From NCBI GenBank assembly GCA_951406725.2, contig OX597821.1, positions 46,128,001-46,192,000 of the forward strand: 64,000 bases of DNA, given 5' to 3'. Below, piece after piece: positions 24,479 through 38,929 of this stretch; the first letter of the stretch is position 1; each line of letters starts with the position of its first letter. The translations under genes were made by a program, and so were the position numbers. Below the pieces are notes generated by a model, which saw only the letters and a list, made by a program, of their open reading frames with translations, did no database searches and was not told the origin of the DNA. This DNA is from Octopus vulgaris. Lineage: Eukaryota.

Positions 24479-24480
<2 letters not shown>
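24174..24480 (+). mobile_element. tRNA-derived SINE with a distinct head and the family C type-1 tail
   Basis: TGGTTTAGTGG A box and GTTCAATTCCC B box; 3' part shared with 30176-30365. Confidence 0.85.
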
Positions 24481-24520
<40 letters not shown>

Positions 24521-24793
24521 CATCTTTCTCTAAATTCATTCTGCTACAAATATAACAAAGGGATCAATGTATTATTTTGGTGTCTAGTACTGTTATAAAT
24601 TTTGCTAAAAAATGGTTTATCCTTTACGTTGGAAATGTATATGGTCGTCTGCGTCTGAGGAGAGCGATTTCTTTCAAATTGATGTAATGTTTTCATTGAT
24701 CGATTAAATGGTTTCGCTTGAAACGGCCGTAATGCACTGATAACTGGACATCCTTGTTATTTAATTGCTTTATATATGTATATATATATATGT

Positions 24794-25720
24794 ATTGATT
24801 GATTGATTGATTGATTGATTCTAGTTTCAGCTTATGAGCTGTGGCCATGCTGGGGCACCGCCATTTGGTGTTGCTACTTGGTTTCACTTCATGAAGGCTT
24901 TCTAGCAACTGCTATTTGGTGCATGAGAGAGTTCGATGCAGCTGCCCTCATCTGCCCCTCCTGCCGTGAAGTTGGTTCATCTGGGACACCTGACAGGAAG
25001 AGATCCAGCTTCATTTTAAAGACATCTGTATCCACCCCATGCAGGTCTCTCAGGTTCTTCGGGAGGATATTGAAGAGCTGTGGGCCTCGGAAGCCCAGGC
25101 TATCACAGAATCTTGTCCTACATCTTGATGGCAAGTTTGGAGTCCTAGGCACCACACAGTGGCGCCCAGTTCTGGCATTTGCGTAACTCTCGATGCCAAA
25201 GTTCAGGACACTTCCCTCCAGGATCTTCCAGATGTATATTATGGCATATCTTTCCCGCCTACGCTCCAGGGAATATAATTTTAATCTCTTGAGTCTTTCC
25301 CAGCAGCTTACATTCTGCATAGAGGCTATCTTCTTCGTGTAGCTACGTTGGATCGCCTCGAGCTCTGTGATCAACTTGACACTGGATGGTGACCATAACT
25401 GAGAGCAGTAGTCAAAGTGGCTTAGGACAAGTGTCCTCCAGAGGACCATCATGGTTTCTTGTTCTCTTGTTCTAAAGGTTCTGAGGATCCATCCGGCCAG
25501 TCGTCTACATTTCATTGCACATGTACACGAAAGGTCGCGTCATCACTCATGTAAATACCTAGATCACGCACTGATTGTGCCTCTGGGATTGCTATTCCTC
25601 CGGGTCCAGTGTATTCATTGGGTATTGCATTTAGTTTTGCATGCTGATAGTATAGAGCTTGAAACTTTTCAGCATTGAACTGCATGCTATTCTTTTCGGC
25701 CCACTTGTATATTTTGTCTA

Positions 25721-25722
<2 letters not shown>
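24794..25722 (-). mobile_element. 5'-truncated CR1/L2-group LINE (ORF2 C-terminus, 3'UTR, (ATCA)n tail)
   Basis: ORF 24889-25515: GWILRTF...LSHFDYCSQLWSP...LEAIQR..TK.I...[17 protein letters not shown]...FK.KLD; upstream MQFNAEKFQ motif. Confidence 0.92.
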
Positions 25723-25776
<54 letters not shown>

Positions 25777-26071
25777 TTATGATTTATGCTTACATAGTAT
25801 TATACATATAAATTTTATATGTAGAGATAGTAAGGTAAAAATAAAGACAGGTAGGCTGGAGTCGTATATTTTACATGAAGCACAAAATACAGACTACAGA
25901 ATAAACACAATGGAGAACAAAACAGTCTTATTATGTAAGCTATGGCCGTCTTGAAACAGCTGTCGAGATACAACTTTACATAATTTTTTCTTTTCTGTAA
26001 TTCTTTTTCTTTGTTCTGTACCTCTATTTTGTGGTACTCCATTTTGTACCCCATGTTAATATGTATGTGTG

Positions 26072-26163
<92 letters not shown>

Positions 26164-26306
26164 TGTATGTACGTATGTATGTATGTATGTATTTATATAT
26201 GTATATATATATATGTATATATGTATGTATATATATGCATGTATGTATATATATATATATATATTACATATATATATATATATTTACATATATATATATA
26301 TATGCA

Positions 26307-26357
<51 letters not shown>

Positions 26358-26363
<6 letters not shown>

Positions 26364-26427
26364 AGTGGTAATGCAGTACGATCGTTTCATGCGACTGAAA
26401 CGATCATACTGCATTACCTCTGGATAT
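26358..26427. repeat. Near-perfect palindrome with arms of about 30 bp at a (TA)n edge
   Basis: TCCAGTGGTAATGCAGTACGATCGTTTCA-tgcgac-TGAAACGATCATACTGCATTACCTCTGGA. Confidence 0.9.
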
Positions 26428-26774
26428 CCTTGTTGCTTATTTTGATTATAATCATCTTGTTTTAAATTATATGGATAATACCTTACTAAATTCTGGTGCC
26501 TTCAACTGAAGTACCGTATTCACCTGAATCTAAATTTTACTGAACTTCTATATATATATATATATATAAAATAAGAAAATGGAGAAATACATCTAAATCA
26601 ATTATCAACTACCAGATAATACCCAATCACATAATTTATTAAACCACTACTTATGAACATTAAGATCAAACATATTAATATAGTGTACATGAAGGAGTAA
26701 TATAGTACAGTAATATGGTACAATGTTATCCCATGGAGGGTTGCATTTACAACCCCTATCTTAATTTGTATATA

Positions 26775-26833
<59 letters not shown>

Positions 26834-26922
26834 ATATATTTATACACAAACATATAAACGCGTGTACACACACACACTCACACACATACACACACACATA
26901 AACACACACATGGGCATGTAGT

Positions 26923-26986
26923 CTAACCCTAACACTAACCCTTAATCCTAATTGTAAGCGTGAATCCTAGCCCTAAGCTTAACCCA
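26923..26986. repeat. Degenerate (TAACCC)n telomere-like tract
   Basis: taaccc taacac taaccc t taatcc ... tagccc taagct taaccc. Confidence 0.55.
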
Positions 26987-27409
26987 GATCAGTATAGATT
27001 ATGGATGCTGCGATAGACCGCACGCCAAAGTAGCACCCGCTTGTGTGTGTGCGGATGTGGGTGTGAATGTTGATGTTGTGGCGATATAGAAGCGCAATTA
27101 CTCAATACAAATATGAGCGTGCAGAGTGTGTTGCTAATTTACAGTGGATTTCTACCATTGAAACGCGCCTTCTTTAGATCGTCCGTACAAGTCATAGGAT
27201 TGGAATGTCGATGACGCCCGAAAGACGTGTGACGGCCGAACTAAGAAGAGCTGATCGAACGAAAACCGTTGACTAGATGACTGTTAGACATCTACCTTAT
27301 CGCCCTACCCACACTTGTCTGTATGCTCTTGATATATATTGCTAGATTTTACTAGGGAAGACACCCATATGTATTTTATGTACACACATCTTTGTGTTCG
27401 TAAGTGTAT

Positions 27410-27843
27410 TACTCTTTTACTTTTTTACTCTTTTACTTGTTTCAGTCATTTGACTGCGGCCATGCTGGAGCACCGCCTTTAATCGAGCAACTCGACCCCG
27501 GGACTTATTCTTTTGTAAGCCCAGTACTTATTCTATCGGTCTCTTTTGCCGAACCGCTAAGTGACGGGGACGTAAACACACCAGCATCGGTTGTCAAGCA
27601 ATGCTAGGGGGACAAACACAGACACACAAACATATACACACACACACACACACACTTATATATATATATGTACATATATACGACAGGCTTCTTTCAGTTT
27701 CCGTCTACCAAATCCACTCACAAGGCAATGGTCGGCCCGGGGCTATAGCAGAAGACACTTGCCCAAGATGCCACGCAGTGGGACTGAACCCGGAACCATG
27801 TGGTTGGTTAGCAAGCTACTTACCACACAGCCACTCCTGTGCC
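27410..27843 (-). mobile_element. SINE family A, full length
   Basis: Colinear with the other family A copies. Confidence 0.93.
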
Positions 27844-28562
27844 TGTATGTACAAAAGGAGAAAAAGAAAGAGATGAGGAGATAGAGAAAGAAAGTGAGAG
27901 CGAGGGAGAGAGAAGCAGAGAGAAAAATATACAGTGATGTATATTCTTGTGTCTCGTTTTTCTCAAAATCGCTATTCTTTATTTTTTAATTTTTGTTTTC
28001 CACCTGACCACTTTATGTCAGTATATCGATGTTATCCCATTTATCAATATATTTTCACCATACAATAACAATACAGTTATGAATAACCATCATCTACAAT
28101 TACATTATCATTTCTATTTTTCTCTATATTAACGGTCAACGAAGCCATATCACGCAGTCACAACAATGATTCTATAATTACACAGCTTCTACCGTAATTA
28201 TTACATTAATACCTGTTATCTTTTACAATCAACGTATTCCTATTATGTTCAAGAACTCATCTATCAGCCATGGAATAACGGTATCTTATCGATATTATAA
28301 TTCACCATTGACAATCCTTCTCCTACACACCATATTGCGCTGCTATCGTGAAGAGAAGGAATCAAATGTATGCCTATATATGCTACTGCTACAACAATTG
28401 TTTGATATTACTGTTACGCTAATTGTAAGTCTATGAATGCTATTGTTACTAACTATATACACCTGGTAATGAACCTTAGTGCCTGAAATATATAAGGGTG
28501 GCTCAAATTAACTTACTGCATTGTTAGATGCTGTTAGATGCTTTTTTTAAAATCTTAATTCT

Positions 28563-28855
28563 ATTCTTTTACTTGTTTCAATCATTTGACTGCGGCCATG
28601 CTGGAGCATCGCCTTTAGTCGCCGAAATCGATCCTAGTACTTATTCTTTGTAAGCCTAGTACTTATTCTATCGGTCTCTTTTGCCGACCCGCTAAGTTAC
28701 GGGGACGTAAACACACCAACATCAGTTGTCATGCGACGGTGCGGGGACAAACACAGACACACACATACACATACACACAGACACACACACACACACACAC
28801 GCACACACACACGCACACACGCACACACACACATACAAACACACACACACGCACA

Positions 28856-28907
<52 letters not shown>

Positions 28908-29110
28908 TATATATATACATATACGACGGGCTTCTTTCGGTTTCCATCTTATCAAATCCACTCAGAAGGCTTTGGTCGGCCCGAGGCTATAATAGAAGAC
29001 CCTTCTCGAAGGGGACTGAACCCGGAACCATGTGATTGGGAAGCAATATACAATATACAATATATACAATATACAATATACAATATAAAATATACAGCCA
29101 CTCCTGCGCC
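28563..29110 (-). mobile_element. SINE family A with expanded internal (CA)n
   Basis: Colinear with family A; ACAATAT repeats inserted in the head. Confidence 0.88.
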
Positions 29111-29139
29111 TGTATATTTTGACATCACTTAGTGACGTG

Positions 29140-29425
29140 TACGTATTATACTGTTAAGCCAACAGTATGTCTATACATTTTATTGTAAACCAACTATGTA
29201 CCTGTCCGTATATGTTATTGTTACACCAAATCTACCTCTATATTTGCTGTTGTTATACCAACTGTATGTATATATATGTTATTGGTGCCTTAAGTGACGT
29301 CTATATATGATATATTTATACATACTTTATAATTATATATGCAGCTGTTATAGCAAATCTATGTATATTTTATTGTTATACCAACTGTATGTCCATACAT
29401 GTTACTGTCACACCCCAATTGTCTG

Positions 29426-29506
<81 letters not shown>

Positions 29507-29750
29507 TATTATTTCTCCAACTGCATCTCTAGGTCTATATATGTCATGTTACACCACCTGCATATCCATATATGCTTTTGTCACCCTAGGTCTATATATG
29601 TTATTGCTACACAAACTCTATGTCTAAGTTATTGTTATGCAACAAGTATGACTGCACATGCTAATGTTACCTTAGTTGCATATATATATATGTTATTGTT
29701 ATGCCAAATGCATTACTATATACATATATTCTACTATCATAACTAGTGTA
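29140..29750. repeat. Degenerate minisatellite of about 33 bp (tgttattgttacaccaactgtatgtctatata-like)
   Basis: Units recur here and at 30640-30720, 32283-32380 and 22495-22530. Confidence 0.6.
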
Positions 29751-29775
29751 AATATGTATAAATATATATATATAT

Positions 29776-30033
29776 ATATATGAAAGAAGGTTTGAAAATG
29801 CAATTCCAAAAGATGCCTATTCACCAAAACCAAGGAACCGAAATATCATGGCTTTTTAAAGAATTGTTTAGCGAAAAATCTACAAAGGATATTAGAAGAA
29901 TGTTTAGAAACTCGGAGAATACTGAGACAATGGCAAGAAAAGGAGTGATGAAGAGAGAAACGTAAGAGGGTGAAGCCGGTCAGGTAAATAGGCATCTTTT
30001 GGAATTGCATTTTCAAACCTTCTTTCATATATA
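29776..30033. mobile_element. Insert in (TA)n with an approximately 45-bp inverted repeat
   Basis: ATGAAAGAAGGTTTGAAAATGCAATTCCAAAAGATGCCTATT recurs in reverse complement at about 29987-30028. Confidence 0.7.
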
Positions 30034-30112
30034 ATTCCACTCGTGCGGTACCTTACAACTTCACTTTGTTATATATATATATATATATATATATATACTA
30101 GGTGTATTATAA

Positions 30113-30175
<63 letters not shown>

Positions 30176-30177
<2 letters not shown>

Positions 30178-30556
30178 GAAGCACTCCGTCGGTTACGACG
30201 ATGAGGGTTCCGGTTGATCCAAATCAACGGAACAGCCTGCTCGTGAAATTAACGTGTAAGTGGCTGAGCACTCCACAGACACGTGTACCCATAACGTAGT
30301 TCTCGGGGATATTCAGCGTGACACAGAGAGTGACAAGGCCGGCCCTTTGAAATACAGGTACAACAGAAACAGGAAGTAAGAGTGAGAGAAAGTTGTGGTG
30401 AAAGAGTACAGCAGGGATCACCACCATCCCCTGCCGGAGCCTCGTGGAGCTTTAGATGTATTCGCTCAATAAACACTCACAATGCCCGGTCTGGGAATCG
30501 AAACCGCGATCCTATGACCGCGAGTCCGCTGCCCTAACCACTGGGCCATTGCGCCT

Positions 30557-30558
<2 letters not shown>
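30176..30558 (-). mobile_element. tRNA-derived SINE family C, tail type 1
   Basis: GGAGGCGCAATGGCCCAGTGGTTAGGGCAGCGGACTCGCG...GGTTTCGATTCCC tRNA-like head. Confidence 0.9.
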
Positions 30559-30640
<82 letters not shown>

Positions 30641-30723
30641 TTATAATACACTTAGTGTATGTCTATGTTGTAATTACACAAACTGCATGTCCATATGTTA
30701 TTGCTACACCGTCTGTAAGTCGA

Positions 30724-32281
30724 CAAGGTGGATTTCAAAAGTTCTGAGATTTTTTCAGGAGAGACATTTATTAATTTCAAAGTACAAACTTTAATCTCCT
30801 TCAAAGTAGGATCCTCTAACTTCAATGCACTCGTAGCGCTCCAGCCATTTCGTAAACGCCTCAATAGAAATGCTCCAAGGTGAAAATGTCCAGGACCCTT
30901 GTCCACAGTCTCTTTCATCTTTTCAAATGTCTTCAAAACAACAGTCTCTGAGTTTCTCCATCAGTCACAGGGAGCAAGGTCTAGATTGTAGGGAGGGTGA
31001 GAGACAGTTTTTATGGTCATCTCTGTCAAGTAGTTAGTTACCAGGATGGAACTGTGGTCTGGTGTATTGTCCTGGTGCACGTAACTCTGATCCGAGTGAA
31101 AGAGCTCTGGCCTTTTTAAGACGAAATCTCTCCCTAAACTTCCACAAAACTCCACAAACTACTCTTTGTTGACCGTTTGGTCAGAGGGAACCCAGTGGAT
31201 TGTTGTCGAAAAATGGGATCATCATGAATTTCTCGATGGATTTACTTTGCCCGACTTTCTTGGGTCTGGGAGAGCCAGGATGCGTCCATTAGGCACTCTG
31301 TCTCTTGATCTCTGGATCATAAAAGTAGATACAGCTTTTGTCACAGATCACCAGAAACTCAAGTACGCTTGGATTGGAGGTAATGAGCTCCCTGCCACAT
31401 TTGCACTCTTTCCTTCTGTTCGTCACTGAGCACCAAACTTTGCGCATGTTCAAATTTTCAAGAATAAATCTGCGTACAGTTTCCACGGTAACTGTATGTT
31501 TATTGTCTTTATAGACAAAAAACCGGCTTCATCCAGAAATTGCGAATTTTCTCAAACAGCTCTAATGTTCTGACGTCCCTCTTCCTCCCACTTCTCTCAT
31601 CGTCTCTCACGCCTTCTCTACCGTTCTTGAACCTCTTGTGCCAACGAAAAACAGATGCTCAGCTCATACAAAATAATCCATAAGCTGTCTGAAGCAGTTC
31701 ATAAGTTTCTGCAGACTTTTGCTCAGTTTAACAAAATATTTTTTTACTCAGTGAGCTTCAAAATTGTCTTCACGTCCCTTCTACATTCTGCAAACCAGTC
31801 AGATATGATATGCAGTGTTTAGTAGGATGTGTTCAAATTATTGTAGTACCAGTCTCCTTCAATCTGGAATAAACAATTTGGCAGGTCAGCTTATTAGATG
31901 TATAGTAATGATATACTAAAATTACACTCGTGGAGGCGCAATGGCCCAGTGGTTAGGGCAGCGGACTCGCGGTCGTAGGATCGCATTTTTCGATTCCCAG
32001 ACCGGGCGTTGTGTGTGTTTATTGAGCGAAAACACCTAAAAGCTCCACAAGGTTCCGGCAGGGGGTGGTGGCGACCCCTGTAGTACTCTTTCCACACAAC
32101 TTTCTCTCACTCTCTCTTCCTGTTTCTTGAGCAGGGGGGAACACACACGCCACAGAAACCGGGAAACCGGGCCCATGAGCTTGGCTAGGCTTAAAAAGGA
32201 CGAAAAAAAAATTACCCTAGTCAGTGAAAGTTAAAACTGCCTCTCCTAAGTAAGCCCCCCAAACTCCCGGAAAGCACCTTG
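30724..32281 (-). mobile_element. Degenerate mariner transposon with nested SINE C
   Basis: HQDNTPDHSS and HPPYNLDLAPCD (YSPDLAPCD motif), ICDKSCIYFYDPE; imperfect TIRs beginning CAAGGTG at both ends. Confidence 0.85.
31932..32210 (+). mobile_element. SINE family C, tail type 2
   Basis: Same head as 30558; imperfect TSD aaaattacactcgt / aaaattaccctagt. Confidence 0.88.
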
Positions 32282-32932
32282 TTTACACCAACTATATGTC
32301 TGTGTGTTTTTTTACACCAAATGTACGTCTGTATATGTTATTTACATTAAGTGGAGTGTATATATGCTACTGTTACACGAACTTTCAATTACAAAAGCGA
32401 AATGTTATAAATTTGCAAAGTAAGAAAGTTCTTCAGTTTATTTAATCCACTACAACTGAAGCCATTCTGGAGCACCGCTAACATAGAAACTCCAAAAATA
32501 TTCCATCATCTTTTCTCACCAGAACATTTCGTAAAGATAATAGAGAGATATATTTGAAATGGATGAAACAATAAAGAAAGTAGAAAATGCCTTAACTGCT
32601 CTTTTACCCCACCTTACACATGTCAGGATGTGCAGTATGATTGACACCTAATGGTCTACACATCGAACCGAGTTATTTGGCTGAGAGCAATTAAGTCCCA
32701 TGAATCTGCTCAATAAGGAATAATCTAAGACTACTTATATAACAACACACCATCAGAAATTAAGTTAATAAATGTGGTCCTGATAAGAAATACTGATACG
32801 ACTGAGATTTATAAAACTGCTATGGAAATTACAGATTTATTCATCCTGCAAAACTATATTTCTGCAATTAGAAATGTAGCCATCATCAGAGGTATACAAC
32901 TTTTTCTCCCCACCTCTCTCTGTCTCTCCCCA

Positions 32933-32972
<40 letters not shown>

Positions 32973-32974
<2 letters not shown>

Positions 32975-33374
32975 TCTTTACTCTTTACTCTGTTACTTGT
33001 TTCAGTCATTTGACTGCGGCCATGCTGGAGCACCGCCTTTAGTCGAGCAAATCGACCCCGGGACTTATTCTTTGTAAGCCCAGTACTTATTCTATCGGTC
33101 TCTTTTGCCGAACCGCTAGGTGACGGGGACGTAAACACACCACCATCGGTTGTCAAGCAACACTAGGGGGACAAACACAGACACACACATACAAATATAT
33201 ATATACATATATACAACAGGCTTCTTTCAGTTTCTGTCTACCAAATCCACTCACAAGGCATTGGTCGGCCCGGGGCTATAGCAGAAGACACTTGCCCAAG
33301 ATGCCACGCAGTGGGACTGAACCCGGAGCCATGTGGTTGGTTAGCAAGCTACTTACCACACAGCCACTCCTGCG

Positions 33375-33376
<2 letters not shown>
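32973..33376 (-). mobile_element. SINE family A, full length
   Basis: Colinear with the other family A copies. Confidence 0.93.
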
Positions 33377-33454
<78 letters not shown>

Positions 33455-33646
33455 TGTGTGTGTGCGTGACTGTGTGTGTGTGTATGAGTGATTGTCATAC
33501 AAGGTATATTAGGATAGAAGTTGTTGGTTCACTGTTATATACTGGTATAGTTGTGATATTTGTCTCTCTGGACAAACATAATATATTCCATACATACATA
33601 CATACTTAAATACATACATACATACATACATACATACATACATACA

Positions 33647-33682
<36 letters not shown>

Positions 33683-33780
33683 TATAAATATATATAAAAC
33701 TTACATGTTAATACAAATTCGGTGTTGCGTTCCATTATTTAATAAATGAAAAAAAAATGTATGGTAAATAAACAAATAAA

Positions 33781-34256
<476 letters not shown>

Positions 34257-34361
34257 AAACACATGCCGTATACTGAATGTGCAACCGGATGGAAAACAAA
34301 CACAGAAGGCTCTTAATTCTCCCCACCCCCTTTCTCTAATATATATATACATGTATATATA

Positions 34362-34520
34362 CAGTAATCCCTCGACTATCGCGGGTGCCACGTTCCAAAA
34401 CTGCCGCGATAGGTGGAAATCCGCGAAGTAGAAACAGTACAGTACTGTATATTTTTTTCATTATTTTAATAATTTGTATATATCTATAATATTAGAAATA
34501 CAAAGCAATAGGTGAACTGA
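34362..34520 (+). mobile_element. Tigger/pogo-type MITE terminal fragment
   Basis: TA-CAGTAATCCCTCGACTATCGCGG..GTTCCAAAAC..CCGCGATA.GTGGAAATCCGCGAAGTAG resembles Tigger-like ends. Confidence 0.55.
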
Positions 34521-34759
34521 CCTACGTCCAAATTTGGCCAAATGCGTATTTTTTTAAAATATTTATTTTTGCTTGATATAACCGGTTCCTTTGGTCAAAC
34601 TATCGTATCTCCAGCTGCTTCAAATACCAAGATATCAAAAATTGTCAAAGTATAAGCACAACGGTTTTGCTATGGAATATGAAATAGTGAAACTATTTTT
34701 CATTTTCTGAGAAAAGCAACGTTTTGGACTTACGACGCTTTTGCATAATAGCAATAATA

Positions 34760-34797
<38 letters not shown>

Positions 34798-34826
34798 CAT
34801 ATATACATATATATATACACACACAA

Positions 34827-34887
<61 letters not shown>

Positions 34888-35079
34888 CATACATATATAC
34901 ATATATATATATACACACATAAATATATATATATCTACATATTTATATATATATATATATATATATACAGAGAGAGAGGGGGAGATAGATAGATAGATAG
35001 ATAAACATATATGTAATTATGTAATTCTTATGTAGATAATGCATATATACATATATACATACGTTAAATACACGATTAT

Positions 35080-35435
35080 CTTTTATCTTTTATTTGTTTC
35101 ACTCATTAGACTGCGACCATGTCACCAGGTCACCACATTGAAGAATTCTAATGCACAGAATCGATCCCAGTACGTATATTGCCGAACCGCGTGTTGTCAA
35201 GCGGTAATAGGACACGCACACACACACACACACACACGCACACACACACACACACACACTCACACACACATGCAGCACATACACGCATACACACACGCGC
35301 GACGGGCCTCTTCCAATTTTGGTTGGCCTGTGGCTATAGTAGAGAGAGACTTGCCCAAGGTGCGTTGGAGTGAGACTGAACCAGGAGCCATGTGGTTCAG
35401 AAGCTAAATGCAGACTACACAGCCTCACAGGCGCC
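35080..35435 (-). mobile_element. Diverged SINE family A
   Basis: Recognisable head, GACTTGCCCAAGG segment and tail. Confidence 0.75.
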
Positions 35436-35641
35436 CATATATATTATGCTCAAGTTTTACCCTTATATTATACAATATTTTTAAATATCAAAAAGATATA
35501 TATATATATACATTTGCTTGTGTATTTTCAGGTAAAAATGAAAATTATAAAATGAAAAAAATAAACTTGATCATAGATGTGCACTTACTGAAATATGCAT
35601 AAATGAAAAGCTACTCGCAATATATACAAACACATACACAA

Positions 35642-35707
<66 letters not shown>

Positions 35708-35728
35708 GTATGTGTATATATATCTATC

Positions 35729-35765
<37 letters not shown>

Positions 35766-36393
35766 CATATATGTATATATATATATGTGTTTGTGTGTTG
35801 TGTGCGGAGAGAGACACACAGAGAGAAAGGTAGATAGATTGATAAATATATTAGATATAGATATGTTATTACTGTTATTGCTCGTCGATGTCAACTTAGC
35901 CTTTGCATCACTTCGGAATCGTTAAAATAACACCTGAACACCGGAGTTAATGTAATAGACAAACCAACTCTGCTAAATTTGCCGATTTTGTACCAAAATT
36001 AGAAATCACTATTATCAAGGCTGACCATCTTATACAACATACTTTTCTTTTTAAGGACAGTAAAGTATGGCTAGAGGGAAAACTGCGTATACTTCATTGT
36101 ATATTTAGGGCATTCCTTTATTAAAGTTCACCGGAACACAGAGGTCTTCCAGTTAATCAATATTTATATTTCATATTCAGTGGAGACTTTTAGTTTATCC
36201 AGTAACCAAGTATGATTTGAGTGGACTTGATTTTATCGATCCTAAAATGATTAAAATCAAATTTGACCTCGGTGATATTTTAGAATATAATGCTTCAAAT
36301 CTTTCACTTTACAACCCTAAAACGGGGTCGATAAAATAAATACCAGTCAAGCAGTAGGTCATTATAATCACCTATACCCTCTCTTGCCAAAAA

Positions 36394-36626
36394 AGGCGGC
36401 GAGCTGGCAGAAACGTTAGCACGCTGGGCGAAATGCGTAGCCGTATTTCGTCTGCCGTTATATTCTGAGTTCAAATTCCGCCGAGGTCGACTTTGCCTTT
36501 CATCCTTTCTGGGTCGATAAATAAAGTACCAGTTTAGCACTGGGGGGTCTATGTAATCGACTTAATCCCTTTGTCTGTCCTTGTTTGTCCCTTCTATGTT
36601 TAGCCCCTTGTGGGTAGTAAAGAAAT
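36394..36626 (+). mobile_element. SINE family B
   Basis: TSD TATACCCTCTCTTGCCAA on both sides. Confidence 0.93.
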
Positions 36627-37056
36627 ATATACCCTCTCTTGCCAACAAAATAGTGGTCTTGAGTCTGTCTATAATAGTAATCATTATAATGGCTTAACTT
36701 TTGTTTTCTCTAGTGGAAGTAAGTATAAAAGACCATTTATTAGTTACAGATTATGGTAGAATAAATAAACCAAGATGAGAGAGAAGCACTGGCACTTATT
36801 CCAAAGATTTTAACAAATGAAGTGCAATGTCAACCTGGGAAGAATTTCTATTCTATAATCTATATTTAATTACACTATAATCTATTTAGTCACTATATTC
36901 CTTTCTAACATTTGATCATTTCAGCAATTAGATATGTATTATTACACCATTATCATATATTTATGTCTATCACTGTATATTACCATATATGTTATACATT
37001 ATTGTATAGGTATACCTATAATAGTATTACATATTATGTATTATACATCTGTATCT

Positions 37057-37126
<70 letters not shown>

Positions 37127-37150
37127 TATATGTATATATATCTGTTTCTA

Positions 37151-37199
<49 letters not shown>

Positions 37200-37230
37200 C
37201 ATATATATATGTATATATATCTGTATCTAA

Positions 37231-37266
<36 letters not shown>

Positions 37267-37329
37267 TTACATACACATATACATAATACCAGCGATTATA
37301 ATTATTTTTATTTTATCGCAATTTGATTT

Positions 37330-37366
<37 letters not shown>

Positions 37367-37829
37367 CATACATACACACACACATATATATATATATTAT
37401 ATTATATTATACGTAAGTATATCATTAATATTTATGTCTAACATTATATATATATATATATATATATATATGCCTATTACTATATTATTATATATATTCA
37501 TAATAACATTATGTCATTAATATATGTGCCTAACATTATAGTATATATTACACATTATTATATCTTTAATATAAATATTTTTTGCTTATTATTATATCTT
37601 AATATGTAATGTATTTGTGTCTGTCGTATCATTTAACATATATTGTTTTTGCCTATCATTATATCTTATTCTGTATTATTTATTATACAGCTACTGCTAT
37701 TATATTATTCATACGTCCTTATATCATTAATATGCGTCTATCATTACATTAATTGTGTATATAATATATTAATCAAATTATAAATGTATATTTCTGTTAT
37801 CATAACATTTTATATATAGATTCAATATT

Positions 37830-38035
37830 CATTTCAAATTTTGGTACAAGGCCAGCAATTCTTGGAGTGGGGTGAGTCGATTACATCGACCCCAGTGCTT
37901 GACTGATATATATTTTATCGACCCAGAAACGATGGAAGTCAAAGTCGACCTCGGCGGAATTCTCAGAACGTAAAGACGGACGAAGTGCCGCTAAGCATTA
38001 TTCCCGGCGTGCAAACGATTCTGCCAGCTAGCTGC
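37830..38035 (-). mobile_element. SINE family B, older subfamily with alternative tail
   Basis: Same head and core; tail AATTGCTGGCCTTGTACCAAAATTTGAAA, also seen at 42145-42322. Confidence 0.8.
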
Positions 38036-38177
38036 TCTATATAGACTTAATTGTAAAAATTATTACATCCTTTATACTTATTTGTCTCTTCCATTTCATT
38101 ATTTACGTATTAAATATTAGTGTATTATTAATATATAGTTGTGTCTCTCTTTATATTAAATATATACTATTTAGATA

Positions 38178-38420
38178 TTCTTTTACTTGTTTCAATCATT
38201 TGACTGCAGCCATGCTGGAGCACCACCTTTAGTCGCACAAATCGACCCCAGGACATATTCTTTGTAAGCCTAGTACTTATTCTGTCGGTCTCTTTTGCCG
38301 AACTGCTAAGTTACAGGGACGTAAACACACCAGCATCTGTCAAGCGATGGTGAGTGGACAAACACAGACACACAAATACACTCACACAGACACACAGACA
38401 CACAGACACATACACGCACG

Positions 38421-38515
<95 letters not shown>

Positions 38516-38673
38516 GACGGACTTCTTTCAGTTTCTGTCTAACAAATCCACGCAGAAGGCTTTGGTCGTTGGTTATAGAAGAAGACACTTGCCGATGGTA
38601 CCACGCAGTGAGACTGAACCCAGAATCATGTGGTAGGGAAGTAAGCTTCTTACCACGCAGCCATGTCTGCGCC
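38178..38673 (-). mobile_element. SINE family A
   Basis: Colinear with the other family A copies. Confidence 0.88.
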
Positions 38674-38843
38674 TATATGATAATACAAATATCTTTCATA
38701 AAATATTTTATTTTATGTCATTAACATATATTTGCGTTTGTCATATTATTTTATATTGTATTAACTTTATGTTATATATCTCACAGCGTTATATATTTTT
38801 TGTGCATCATAAAATTATATATTGTATATAATGTATGTGATAT

Positions 38844-38920
<77 letters not shown>

Positions 38921-38929
38921 CATTAATCA

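Noticed and set aside
31932-32005. tRNA gene
   Set aside because: tRNA-like SINE head that continues into the SINE body; no proper acceptor stem or terminator.
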